From Octopus vulgaris (Eukaryota), in NCBI GenBank assembly GCA_951406725.2, contig OX597830.1, forward strand, positions 4,464,001 to 4,528,000: a stretch of DNA of 64,000 bases. Direction: 5' to 3'. Each line of letters opens with the position of its first letter. Position 1 is the first letter of the stretch. The notes under the pieces are model-generated. The model did no database searches and was not told the DNA's origin. It was given only the letters and a program-made list of their open reading frames with translations. The translations under genes were made by a program, and so were the position numbers. Below are positions 27,131 to 41,980 of this stretch, piece after piece.

Positions 27131-27651
27131 TAAAAAAAAACCCAGAAACATGCAGTTTATGTGAGTGTTATCAAGAAATGGTAATGTCCCTCCATTTAAA
27201 ACTTTCATAACAGAACAGATTTCAGACAGTCGTAAAAATTTATAAATACACATTTTGACTGTGATCAATGTTTCCATGAAGTCAAGAAAGCAGAGTTCAG
27301 CTTGTATTACATTATGAATAAATATATTGAAATTTTGTTATGAGAGTACAATATCTGTAGGAATCAATTATTGATAACCTTTTTACTATTTATATGTAGC
27401 AATCAATTTGATGTGCAGGAAAAAGCATCTTGAAGATTGCCATTGATGGCTTATATCACTAAGTTTTAACAGTTAAATAAAAGATAAGGCTTGAAATGGG
27501 ACACAAAAATTACTTTTAATGGCTTTAAAATAATAATAATAATAATAATAATAAGCTTGCAACTACTTGAATACTCCGAGTGGTGCTCGAAAAATAAGGG
27601 GTGTTAAGCATTAGAAGCTGTGCAATGACAATAAAATAATGAAAGTGATAA

Positions 27652-28115
27652 TGGTTTCAAATTTTGGCACAAGGCCAGCAATTCTGGAGGAGGGGATACG
27701 TTGATTACATCAGCCCTAGTATTCCACTAGTACTCATTTTATTGACCCCACCAAAAGGATGAAAGGCAAAAATCGACCTCCATGGAATTTGAACTCAGAA
27801 CATACAGACAGACGAAATGTCACTTAGCATTTTGCCTAGCATGGTAATGATTCTGCCAGTTCACAGCCTTGATGATGATGATGATGATGATGATAATAAT
27901 AATCCTTTTTACTATAGGCACAAGGCCCGAAATTTGGGCAAAGGGATCAAATCGATTACATTGGACCCCAGTGTTTCACTGGTACTTGTTTAATCAACTC
28001 CAAAAGAATGAAAGGCAAAGTCGACCTCAGTGGAATTTGAACTCAGGACTTGAAACTGGAAGAAATGCCACTATGCATTTTGTCTGATGTGCTATTGATT
28101 CAGCCAGCTCACCAT
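27652..28115 (-). mobile_element. Two tandem SINE family B copies (27652-27870, 27903-28115)
   Basis: GGCACAAGGCC...TGAAAGGCAAA..CGACCTC...GGAATTTGAACTCAG in both. Confidence 0.8.
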
Positions 28116-28116
28116 C

Positions 28117-28117
28117 T

Positions 28118-28148
<31 letters not shown>

Positions 28149-28165
28149 TGTAGTAGTAGTAGTAT

Positions 28166-28209
<44 letters not shown>
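28117..28209. repeat. (AGT)n microsatellite
   Basis: Direct reading. Confidence 0.95.
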
Positions 28210-28322
28210 AGTTAATACTTCTATATAATATTATCTGATATATTGGTTGGTTGATAATTCCAGTCAAGTTGATAATTCCAGTCAAGTTGGAGAGAGGAGG
28301 CGAGAGAGAATTATAGACAGAT

Positions 28323-28356
<34 letters not shown>

Positions 28357-28727
28357 AAAGAGAGATAACAGAGAGAGTTGCAGTATGAGTGCCAAATGAA
28401 TTTATGAAAGAAAAAAATACACATTTTTTAATGAAATTTTGTAGAGATCGGTTTCCGATGGATTAGATTGTGGTTATGCTTATAAAATTTCGAAAACTAA
28501 TAACATATTGGAAATATACAAATGAGAAACTTGTTTCATTTAATTTTATTTTAAGGTAATAAATGGTTTCCTTTTGAGAATTAGTGAGCGCTTCATCATT
28601 TTGAAGCACCAAGAATTTTGATAAAAATGAAAGTTTAAATTATTATGTGTAAGCCATATTTTCTGATATTGCCAAGTGTCTAAAGTATACTTCCAAAGTT
28701 ATCCATCATATGACAGGTAATACTCTA

Positions 28728-28764
<37 letters not shown>

Positions 28765-29071
28765 CATATAGACACAAAAGATCACCAAACAGTCATCAGT
28801 TATCAGCCTGAGGGTCAAATGTAATTTTGCATACACACACACACAAATATATATATATGATATATATATATATGATTATATATATAAAATAAAGAAAGGA
28901 AAAATTCAAATTGATGTTATGATCGTTTCAGTAAACAAACATTTTTTCCTTCTCTACCACATACAGATATACAACACTAGTCAGGTTCTTACATGAAGTG
29001 TTAATGAGGTGACAGCCTGAATTATAATTATTCCCTCAAATTACCTACACATACACACACACACACACACT

Positions 29072-29113
<42 letters not shown>

Positions 29114-29917
29114 AATTTGTGTGTGTGATGCAAAAACATGATTTTTTTTATATAATCTCGTATTAAGTTCTTAAAATTAAACATCTCCAAATATGATTTA
29201 AGACTGGAAAAATGAAGAGATCAACCACCATTTACACACAGATATTATGTATGTGTATATTTGAGAAGCGAGGAAGGAAATTCATATAATTACACTGATA
29301 TGTGTGTGTATACACAAACACACACACATGGGCAGACGTTTATATGATGTAGTTTTACGTACCTACATGCATGCATTTGTGTGTGTGTGTGTGTGTGCGC
29401 ACACGCACAAGTGTGTGTTTGTGTTCATAAAAGTCATTGATATAAAGGAACCTGAAATAAGAATTGAAAGTTTGGATATAACAGCAAGAATTGAAACAAT
29501 GAATGAATAGCAAAAAGATATTGAGGGAATAATGAAAGGGGGGTGGGAGAGGGAGTTGGTGGTGGTGGTGGTGGAGTGAACTAGTTGCTGAGACAAAGAT
29601 ATAGTAGATATGAGGTGAGGAAGGGGTGAGTGGAAGTAAGAGGGAGGAAGGTATGATCCAGAGATGTAGTTGGTGGGTAGATGAATAAGGATGGTGGGGT
29701 GAGACACAACTTTATTTATTAAGTTTATTAAGCAGAGATAATGTTGAGTAAATATTGATCTAAGATGTCGGAAGTATGTGACAAACTTCACAGCAAGGTG
29801 GGTGAGTTGTTGACAAATATATCAACAGAAGGATTTCACTGGTATTAAATTAATTGATCTGTAATGACGAAATCAACATTGGTAGGTCTTGAACTTTGAA
29901 TGTGAAGGGCTGTCAGG

Positions 29918-30088
29918 CACTAGTGTAGCTTGGGGGAGTGGGGTGGCAGGAGCAGTCCACCCCAGGCAGCACTTTTAAAGGGGTACCACTATTGGGTCTG
30001 CTGTAGGCAATGTGTGTTATTTGCGGCATCCAGGTGCAGCAAATGGAAGGGCCACCATGGGCCAGCACACACTCTACCTACACTGGTG
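29918..30088. mobile_element. hAT-type MITE
   Basis: TIRs CACTAGTGTAG / CTACACTGGTG; 8-bp TSD CTGTCAGG at 29910-29917 and 30089-30096; GC-rich island inside a decayed family-B SINE. Confidence 0.8.
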
Positions 30089-31732
30089 CTGTCAGGGCAG
30101 ATATAGCCTCTCTGGATAGTTGCCTGGAGGACCCAGTCTCTTGACTACTTACAATCCATAAATGAATATAGTATTGGCCCCTGTCTGTTACTTTGCTGTG
30201 GGGAGGGTGTCTATAATGCTGTTAAGAGGGTGGCAGTCCTACATTAGAATGAGAGGAGTGTGAAGGAAATCTATAAGAATGGAAAATGGGTGGCTGGAAA
30301 AAAAGAGGAGGGAGACAGGGTGGGCAGGGGGAGAAGATATGGAATGTAATGTCTGGGGTGGAAATGAAAGAAATCAGGGAAACTGTGTGTGAAAGGGAAA
30401 ACAAATAAGAAAGTGGATAAAAGAGCAGGTTGTGACAGAAGGGTGTGGGGTAGAGGAAAGAGAGAAGAGAATGAGAGGAAGACAATGAGGATTAGAGGAA
30501 GAAAGAAAAGTAGACAAGCAGTTTCCTTTTTTTTTTAATTAAGAAAATAATGAAAACTAAAAATAACAAATGTTGAAATAAAAAAATAAAAGAGACAGAA
30601 AGTGAGTGGGTAAAGAGAGAGAAAGAGAGGAGTAAAGAGGGAGAGAGTAATACTAGTAAGCGAGAGAAAGTGTGTGTAACTGTGTGTGAATAAATGCAAG
30701 AGACAGAAAGAGTTGGTGAGATTCTGGCAGGGTGAATGTCTTAAAGGTGTACACATATGGTAAAAGCAGTGAGAGAGAGGCTTCTTTGTTGGAGGCGAGA
30801 GAGATAGAGAGAGAGAGGCAGAGGAAAGCAACAAGCTTCCATCTGAGTAGTAAATGTCGTTGTTAAAGAATATCAGCAGAAGATGAAGAAATAAGCTGTG
30901 AATACCAAACGCTAAACATTCATAAAATACTTTGGTTACCTCCACAAGACATGTGTGTCTACTACAAAGTCTAATATGTTGAAGAGTCTATGGGAGGGAG
31001 TAGGGAGGAGGCGGGTGGGGGGCTATAGAATGGTGGGGGTGGGTAGTGATCTGTGGTGGTGGAGAGGGGGAAGGGAAAAGAAGATTGATATATAACGAAG
31101 TGGTAGGTTTGTAGAAGAACATTAATGATATGAAATACAGAAATCCAGATAGAATCGGTTTGGTTCTGTTTTTTCTGCTGCTTGGCTGTCTTTAATATTC
31201 CATGATTTATTCATCTATTAAGTATTCTGTCCTGACTTTGCTGTCACAGAGAAGAGAATATAAAAAAAAAGAAAAAGAAAGAAATGATTTTGTGCAACTT
31301 TGAAGAATATCGATGATTCCACTGACAACGATGACAACAACAACAGCAATTACAAATATTAGAAGGGAAGACATTGACAATGAGAAAATAGCTTTAATGT
31401 TTATAATAAATGCATAAAATAACGGTAACGGTACAGATGAAGACAAGGCAGATGGGAAAATGATAACTATTTCTAAATGCCTCTTATCTTTTTAGACATT
31501 AAAATTCTTTCCTCCAAGTATATTTGTAATATTTATTGGCATTCTAAACCCTGGAGATATTGGATATTCCATGTTTGGTTTGAGGTTGCAGTGGAGATAA
31601 TCCTAGAATTTTCCTTTCTCTTGTCTGGGTTGGAGGAAAAGACTCAGTCCATGGCTTTCTTAGACTCTGCAAGACCAGTGAGATTGTTGCCTTTAAAATT
31701 CTGCTATCAACTACTGCAGAGAGAGAATTCCT

Positions 31733-31952
31733 GTTTCTATATAACCCATAAGGGGCTAAACATACAGGGGACAAGCAAGGACAGACAAATGGATTAAGTC
31801 GATTATATCGACCCCAGTACTTAATTTATCGATCCCAAAAGGATGAAAGGCAAAGTCGACCTCGGCGGAATTTGAACTCAGAATGTAACGGCAGACGAAA
31901 TACGGCTACGCATTTCACCTGGCGTGCTAACGTTTCTGCCAGCTCACCACCT
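31733..31952 (-). mobile_element. SINE family B, well preserved
   Basis: AAAGGCAAAGTCGACCTCGGCGGAATTTGAACTCAG...CTAACGTTTCTGCCAGCTCACCACC. Confidence 0.88.
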
Positions 31953-32782
31953 TAATTCTCTCTCTCGCAGAGAGAGAGAATTCCATGGCCTAACATTCTG
32001 AGAAGAATAGCTAAACTGTTTATTTATATCTAGCATTAAGCACAAAAATTAAATTTTACAAGGAGGATATAATTAATTTTATTGCCTATATTGTGATATT
32101 TTACTGACAGATATTTGATCAATGTCAAAGTTGAACTTCGTGTGATTCAAACACACAACTTTATGGGATGTCCGTTACACCACCAGTTCTGTCAAGGAAA
32201 TAGGTATTCCTTATAGATGTGAGCATGTGGTCTAGAAGTTCATTTCTTCATTGTGTAGAATTGGGTGCGAGACCTGCTGTGTAGAAGCTTAAACTAGAAT
32301 TTTTTACTAAAGCAGTGAATCAATCAGAAATGTTGTGAGGAAAATTTGGTTGAAAGAAACTATATGGAAGGCTGTTGAAGGAACAATTATTATTTTAGCT
32401 TGGTAGGTTTCATCTGTTACTTGGTTCCATACCATTACCTGGTCAACAACTGCTTTTAGTGGAATCAGTCTGTTTCAAGTAATACTCCAGTCTGGGATTA
32501 TGTTCTCAGAGTTCCTAGAAGGATTCATACTTGCAGTTAGTCTTTCAGTCATAGAAAAATTCTCACTGATTTGAGAAAGAAGGAAAGAGAAAAAAGAAGC
32601 AAGCTGGTGTGTCTTAAGCAACTGGATTGTGACCATACTGGAGCACTGCCTTGAATGGTTTACTGATTTAAGTCAACCTAATCACTTCTCTTAAATCCCA
32701 GTGTTTATTCTATCAGTCACTTTCTGCTGTACTGTTAAGTTACAGGGACATAGACACACCAACACTGGCTGTCAAGTTACAA

Positions 32783-32813
<31 letters not shown>

Positions 32814-33199
32814 CACATGCACACACAGGCATCCAAATTATGTCTGTCTCCCAAGTTCACTCCTAAGATATTGTCTGGCCTAAGGTTATAGTAGAAGGCA
32901 TTTACCAAAGATGACACACAATAGGTTTGAACCTGAAACTACATAATTGTGAACCATACAACCACACCTGGATCTATATACCACCACCATCATCATTTTA
33001 ACATGTCCCCTTTTCCATACGTGCATGGGTTAGAAGTAGTTCACTGAGGCAGATTCTCTATGGCTGGATGCCTTTCCAGTCCCCAACCTTTACCTTTTTT
33101 CAAGCAAGTTGATAATTCTTCTTGGCCAGGCAAGTTTTTCCAGAATATCAGGAGTGAATAACATTCATTTACCACAACCATGTGATGTCAAGACAAAGT

Positions 33200-33239
<40 letters not shown>

Positions 33240-33437
33240 AAAACATAATTACATAGATAAAAAAAGATTAAGTACTTAAAATGAAGCAAAAAGGGACCCC
33301 AAAAGATGATCAAATGTTATAGTGTGGTGTTTTCTGTTGTAAAGTGTTAATTCTTGTGGCCTGTATTTTTAGCTGCTCTCAAATGTAAACTAAGACATGG
33401 TTCTCTTTGGCAGTTCTCATGTAGAAGGAAAAAAGAA

Positions 33438-33476
<39 letters not shown>

Positions 33477-34471
33477 CATATATAAATATGGAAATAAATA
33501 AATAAAACTCAGTTGGGAGTAAACTTTGTAAATGAAAAATTAAACAACAAACATTTAGTCCCTGCTGCTAAATGTTTTAGTGACAAAACTATAAATGTTT
33601 TTATACGCACCATCTCCGCACTTACCATTCTTCTGACTTTCTTTTATGGCATTCTCTACTATTCCAGAGATGATATGTAATTAGTAATATTAGGTGTCAC
33701 TCTAAATATACCAGTCATTATCACAGCATGTGTCCTACTGGTTTCATCTTACTTTTACATTTATTCAGCTACAAACAGAAATTTTTTTTTCCCTTAAACA
33801 TTTTCTCTTTTTTTTCCCCTTAACATCCCACCCAACACATCCGTACACATTCACACACACATGCACACACACACACACATACACGCATACACAGAATTTA
33901 CCCTTTCTATCCTACATCCTGTATCAGGAAACAATTTTTTTTAATTATTACAGTGGTTTGATCTTAGGACCTTTGCTTCTGAATCAACGGTTGTTTTGTT
34001 TATAACTTAGATAACCCCCCACACAGTACAAACATATAACATAAATGCATACTTGAACTGAGAAAGAAGTCCCTATATGGTTAACTGACATGCTAGAAAT
34101 AGCAGATTAATCTCCTTATAATCGTTAAAAGTGACACATAACAGCCCCAAGCCAACTAAAGCTTTAAGAATGGATTTCGTAGATGCAAACTGAAAGAAGC
34201 CTATTGTGTATACACACACACGCATATATCCCATGATATCAACTAACCATTAGGCCATGCAGCTTCACACACATGCGTGTATGTATGTATGTGTGGTATG
34301 TATGTATGTGTGTGTGTTTGTGTCCTCTTGTCCTCAAATAACTTTGTGGTATTTATTCTTTCTGAGCTTCAAAGAAACCCCCTTGTCCCTCACCACACCA
34401 AAAGGTACACAAACCAGTGATTCATCACTTATAAACCATAATGCCATTGTTAGCAAAAATATATTATCCAA

Positions 34472-34885
34472 CATCATCATCATCATTTAACGTCCATTTT
34501 CCATGCTGGCATGGGTTAGACAGTTTAACTGGAGCTGACCAGCTGTAGAGCTATCCAGACTCCAGTTGTCTGTTGTGGCATGGTTTCTGCAGTTGGGTGC
34601 CCTTCCTAATGCCAATCACTTTGCAGAGTGTACCGGGTGCTCTTTACATACCACCAGCACAGGTGTATTTACCTTTCATCCTTCTGGGATCGATAAATTA
34701 AGTACCAGTTGCGTACTGGTGTCGATCTAATTGACTGACCGCTTCTCCAAAAATTTTGGGTTGTGTGTCTAGAATAGAAAAAATTATATATGTGCAGATG
34801 GCACATAAAAAGCACCATTTGAGCATGGCCATTGCCAGTACCACATGACTGGTCCTCGTGCCGGTGGCATCTAAAAGCACCCACT
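34472..34885 (-). mobile_element. Family C element with a nested opposite-strand family-B 3' fragment (~34666-34787)
   Basis: CATCATTTAACGTCCATTTTCCATGCTGGCATGGG...; insert CCTTTCATCCTTCTGGGATCGATAAATTAAGTACCAG. Confidence 0.8.
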
Positions 34886-34888
34886 ATG

Positions 34889-35170
<282 letters not shown>

Positions 35171-35173
35171 ATA

Positions 35174-36525
<1,352 letters not shown>

Positions 36526-36878
36526 CTGAAGGATTAAAATTAATCAAAGGGCATACTAAGTATGTCGACCTGCAGGAAATAACAGTCAAAACTCTTATTT
36601 AAATCACCAAAATACCTTATACACACACAACCAAAAGAGCTAATAGTTTCATGGTTTTATGAGACTTGAGCTGGTATATTCATAAACTATGTCTCATAAC
36701 CTAAAAGCAATCTTTCAGGCACTGTTTGTGCGTTGTATATACTGTTTGAAAACAAGGATGCAGGACAGTAAGAAAATAAGAAAAAACATGGAAAAAAAAT
36801 GTGAAGATGATTGGTGCAAAAAGTGGGATGAGAAGAAAGAAACAAAATTTATGTGTGTATTTATACATATGCATGAAA

Positions 36879-37090
36879 AGGCGACGAGCTGGCAGAATCA
36901 TTAGCACACTGGGTGAAATGAATAGCTGTATTCAGCCTGTCGTTAAGTTCTGAGTTCAAATTCTGCCAAAGTCAACTTTGCCTTTCATCCTTTCAAGGTC
37001 AATAAATTAAGTACCATTTACGCACTTAATCCGTTTGTCTCTCCTTGTTTCTACCCTCTGTGTTTAGCCCCTTGTGGGTAGTAAAGAAAT
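36879..37090 (+). mobile_element. SINE family B
   Basis: GGCGACGAGCTGGCAGAATCATTAGCAC...TTAGCCCCTTGTGGGTAGTAAAGAAAT. Confidence 0.85.
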
Positions 37091-37414
37091 ATATACATAT
37101 GCATGAATCAACCCAGTAGATAAGAAAGTTTATTTAGATATAATATTCCTAGTTCAAATCCAGTCTGGTATTACATATGCATCAAGGAATAAGACACCTG
37201 ATGATAACAAGAGATCAAAATATAACGTAGAAGAATACATCAAAGATGTTTTCAATCTTCCAAGATGAACTTAGTAGTTTTAAATAGGACATTGTGTTTA
37301 TGCGTGTGCACACATACACACATGTGTGTGTAGCTAGCGAGATAGACAGAGAGACTGGCTGATTGACGGATTGATTGATTGATTGTTTGATTGATTGATC
37401 GATTGCATGGCAAT

Positions 37415-37447
<33 letters not shown>

Positions 37448-37976
37448 GAGCTGATTGAAGATTACTAGCTACACATATAATGAGAAAATACGATGGGAGT
37501 GGAGAAAGCATTCAACAGACATTCCAATAGAATGCATTTATCCCTAGTAGGAGGTACAAAAGAATGCTATGATGAGAATGTGATGAATGTGTGTGGACAG
37601 CTGCAGTCATTAGCTGGCTCCATATAACAGAGGTGTGATTTATACTGTATTACTGTCTGAGAACTTCAGCAATGCCCCACCTTCCTTTCAACTGTCAGCT
37701 GCTACTGCTAAGGGAAATATCTCATGGCTTTCATTACCCTGAACCTGTGTGTGTGTACACACACACATACACGCACACACACACAACACAAAGAAATGGG
37801 GATTTCAAAATCCATGCTGATACTTTTTGAGCACACTGTTGCAATCCAAACTTGGCTAACTTTATCAACCATTAGGAAATATAAGAAAATTTGTGTATAC
37901 ACACTATCATGCACACACAGACACACATATGTATGTATATTTGTACTGTGGCTAAAGGTTTGCATAAATTTGACAA

Positions 37977-38035
<59 letters not shown>

Positions 38036-38036
38036 C

Positions 38037-38067
<31 letters not shown>

Positions 38068-38444
38068 TGAGATACCTCAAAAAGTACCCTCAACTGTATC
38101 GTTGATAGTCATCATCATCATTACATCTCAATCATCATCATTATTTTAATGTCTCAATCATTAAAATGTGTAGAAAAGGCTTTGCTGAGGCGGTTTAATA
38201 AAACTGAACCATTACTGTCACCAGTTAGTTTTGATATGGAGACCTGCTGCTTGTCTGCACATACAGAAGTAAAGGTGAGGGGTGGGTGGGTTTTGGAGAA
38301 AGAGGAGAATGGATAATGAAGTTAAAGCTGAGAGAAATGTTCTGAGGAAAAACAAAGATGTGATATGGTTTGTTGCTGACAGCAGAAATAGCAGACAGCC
38401 ACAAGTGGAACATGGAACAGCCAGGGCTGGCAAAATAATGAACC

Positions 38445-38445
<1 letters not shown>

Positions 38446-38491
<46 letters not shown>

Positions 38492-38540
38492 AATAATAAT
38501 TATTATTATTACTATAATTATTATTATTATTATTACTATA

Positions 38541-38602
<62 letters not shown>

Positions 38603-38795
38603 TATTATTGAGTGAGAGAGCAGTGCATATGGCATCTCATCCATGTTTACATTCTAAGTTGAAATTCTGCTGGGGTCAACTTTGCTTTTCATCCTTTTGG
38701 AGTCAATAAATTAAGTACCAGTTGTATACCGGGGTTGCTCTAATCAACTAGCCTCTCCCCAACAAAATTTCAGATTTGTGCCATTAGTAGAAAGG

Positions 38796-38850
<55 letters not shown>
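38446..38850 (+). mobile_element. Family-B SINE fragment (~38620-38797) between two (TTA)n tracts
   Basis: GTCAACTTTGCTTTTCATCCTTTTGGAGTCAATAAATTAAGTACCAG. Confidence 0.75.
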
Positions 38851-38851
<1 letters not shown>

Positions 38852-39987
38852 TCTTCTTCATCCTTTTAATATTTTTGCTTGCATTTTTGCACCAGTTGAA
38901 TGAGTCTCAAATTGTCCCACCTCCTCTGCTGGGTCACTTGTCACTGCACACTGGAAAATCTCCATGTTCTACCTTCAAGATGGTTTTTGTAGCTGGGTAC
39001 CCTTCCTGTCCAATTCCTAACCAATTCCCAGCATGGACTGGATGAATTTCATCTTGCCTAACACACATATAAATGTACCAATGCATACATACATACATAC
39101 ATACATACATACATACATACATACATACATACATACACATGGTCATGCAACTCCCCACCCACCCATCCACACACATGCACGCACAACTTCTCTATTTTTA
39201 GTACTTTTCTCTGCTAATCTCCTCTTCAGTCAGTCTTCGAGTGGATGATGAGTTTGATTTAGAGAAATGTGCAATGGCATCTCAAACCTTCTCCATTTTG
39301 GAGAACAAGCTCAATGTGGGTGGTCACCTAGGTCTCTTCTTCCACTGAAGACAAAGCCAAATCTGAGAGAGAGTGTGAAAGAAGGGAAAGGGGAGTGAGA
39401 GGGAGGGAGAGAGAGAGAGAAAAAGTTAAAAAATGATGTTAGTTACTTGACTGGTACTTGAGAGTGGAAGGAAAAATGTGTAAGCTGACTTGAGCAGGAT
39501 TTGAACTCTGAAACTAGGAAGTTAGAACTTATATCACAAGGTACTCTGTCCAATGTTTTAGTTAACCCAGCCAGTTTGATATTTCTATGTGTGTGTGTGC
39601 TTATGTGTGTGTATATATGCATATATATACATACTTGATGATATTTGCAACGTGTTAGACGTTAAATAAAATGTTTTAAAAACTTGGTAATTAGAATGCA
39701 ATAATTAATAACACCAATTATATTTATATCTTGATCTAATGGAAATAGCTTAATCGTAACTTAGCTAATTATTTCCATACACTGTTTACATGTCCACAAA
39801 ATTCATAAAATCATACATACATAAATACAGCCATGAACACATACATACATACATAGAAAGATATATATGTGTGTGTGTGTGTGAATTTTGCAGTTATATA
39901 TATATGTATGCGTTAATGTTGCAACTATATGTGCATGTGTGTGTATGAATTTTGCAATTATATATAGATATATATAAACATATGTAT

Positions 39988-40018
<31 letters not shown>

Positions 40019-40311
40019 TATATATACAATGTATATACACAATATATATCATATATATAATATATACATTATATTTATATATATGATATATATATATATT
40101 ATATATATATATATATTTATATCATATATATATATAGTATATATATTATGTATATATACTATATATATATATATAACGTATGTAATATATACTATATATA
40201 TATAACATATGTAATATATACTATATATATATAATGTATATTATATATACAATATAAATATAATATATATATACTATATATAATACACATATATATTATA
40301 TAATATACATA

Positions 40312-40344
<33 letters not shown>

Positions 40345-40347
<3 letters not shown>

Positions 40348-40632
40348 TTAGATATGTTTCGACCAAAGATTGGTCCAGTCCATGTCTAAATTAATAGCAC
40401 CGCCTGATATGATTATCTAAATCCTGTTTAAGTCAAGTTTTGTTTATGGTCCATTGAAGTAGTGAGTTTTTGTTGAGTGAGTTGTATCTAATTATGGGTG
40501 GCTTATCTGGTATTCCTCGAAGGAATCTATCCAGACTCCGTTTAAAATTGATGGGATCCTCTTCCTATTTGATCTCTTTTAGGACAATGTTAAATAGGGC
40601 AGGGCCTGTTGAGGAAAAGAAATCATGTTGCA

Positions 40633-40636
<4 letters not shown>
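40345..40636 (-). mobile_element. LINE 3' end (CR1/L2-group ORF2 C-terminus plus 3' UTR)
   Basis: Minus 40636-40433: TLQHDFFSSTGPALFNIVLKEIK*EEDPINFKRSLDRFLRGIPDKPPIIRYNSLNKNSLLQWTINKT*, matching the GPxLFNxLP...FKxxLDxFLxxIPDxP...NSL pattern of invertebrate LINE ORF2 ends. Confidence 0.82.
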
Positions 40637-40674
<38 letters not shown>

Positions 40675-40679
40675 GTATA

Positions 40680-40725
<46 letters not shown>

Positions 40726-40792
40726 TATATATATATGAATATATATTTATATATATATGAATATATATTTATATATTTATGTATATTATATA

Positions 40793-40865
40793 TACTTTGA
40801 TACTTTGATAGTTTTCGGCCATTATTGGCCCAGGCCATGTCTAACTTAATAGCACCACCTATAGA

Positions 40866-40868
<3 letters not shown>
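40793..40868 (-). mobile_element. Extreme 3' end of a related LINE with (ATCAAAGT)n tail
   Basis: GGTGGTGCTATTAAGTTAGACATGGCCTGGGCCAATAATGGCCGAAAACTATCAAAGTATCAAAGTA is homologous to the UTR at 40356-40406. Confidence 0.75.
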
Positions 40869-40914
<46 letters not shown>

Positions 40915-41189
40915 GGCAACTGAAGAAGGGAATTTTCCTTGTGTTATTTGTCCTGTACTCTATTTTTACATTGTTTGAGTAAAAATGTCCAGTTCCTTGG
41001 TTTTGTGTTTATGTTTTCATTTCTCATTGTGGTCGACGTTTTTTTGGTGTCCTGTACACATATATGCATGTATATATACATGTAAAGGTAGGTACGTACA
41101 TATATGTATGTATATATGCATATGTTTTATTTATTAATTTAATATAAATATAATATATATATATGTATATATATATATAAATATAATAT

Positions 41190-41278
41190 AAGTCCCGGGG
41201 TCGAGTTGCTCGATTAAAGGTGGTGCTCCAGCATGGCCACAGTCAAATGACTGAAACAAGTAAAAGAGTAAAAGAGAG
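41190..41278 (+). mobile_element. SINE family A 3' tail only
   Basis: AAGTCCCGGGGTCGAGTTGCTCGATTAAAGGTGGTGCTCCAGCATGGCCACAGTCAAATGACTGAAAC. Confidence 0.85.
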
Positions 41279-41376
41279 TGAATATGTATATATATATATA
41301 TCATATGTATATTATATATGTAATATAAATATATATATATATATCATATGTATATTATATATATAATATAAATATA

Positions 41377-41421
<45 letters not shown>

Positions 41422-41499
41422 ACTATATATATAATATAAATATAATATATATTATATATATTTTTATATAATATATATATATATATACATATTTATGTA

Positions 41500-41530
<31 letters not shown>

Positions 41531-41539
41531 TCACAGATA

Positions 41540-41980
41540 TATATATTTATATGCATTCATATATATATATAAGTTTATATATATCAGTATATATATTCAT
41601 ATATATATTCATATATATATATACACACACACACATACACACACAACACACACATACATGTGAATGATTATATTTTACTGAAATATCTGATTTCATATAT
41701 ATATATATATTTATTTTTTATATATATTCATATATATGCATACAAATATATATTTATTTATATATATATTTTTTATATATATTCATATATAATTATATAT
41801 TCATATATATGTGTGTGTGTGTGTGTGTGTATATTCTTATATTTATATGCATTCATATGTAAGTTTATATATATCAGTATATATATTCATATATATATTC
41901 ATATATATATATACACACACACACACAACACACACATACATGTGAATGATTATATTTTACTGAAATATCTGATTTCATAC
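41540..41980. repeat. Local tandem duplication (~280-bp period) within low-complexity DNA
   Basis: ACATGTGAATGATTATATTTTACTGAAATATCTGATTTCATA at ~41656 and ~41938 with matching upstream context. Confidence 0.8.

Noticed and set aside
28915-28990. Minus-strand GAAACGATCAT resembling HHR stem III
   Set aside because: No acceptable CUGANGA core with matching stem I
40914-40950. CTGAAGA followed by a hairpin in a TA-flanked island
   Set aside because: No GAAA/stem III/NUH follows; at best a truncated remnant
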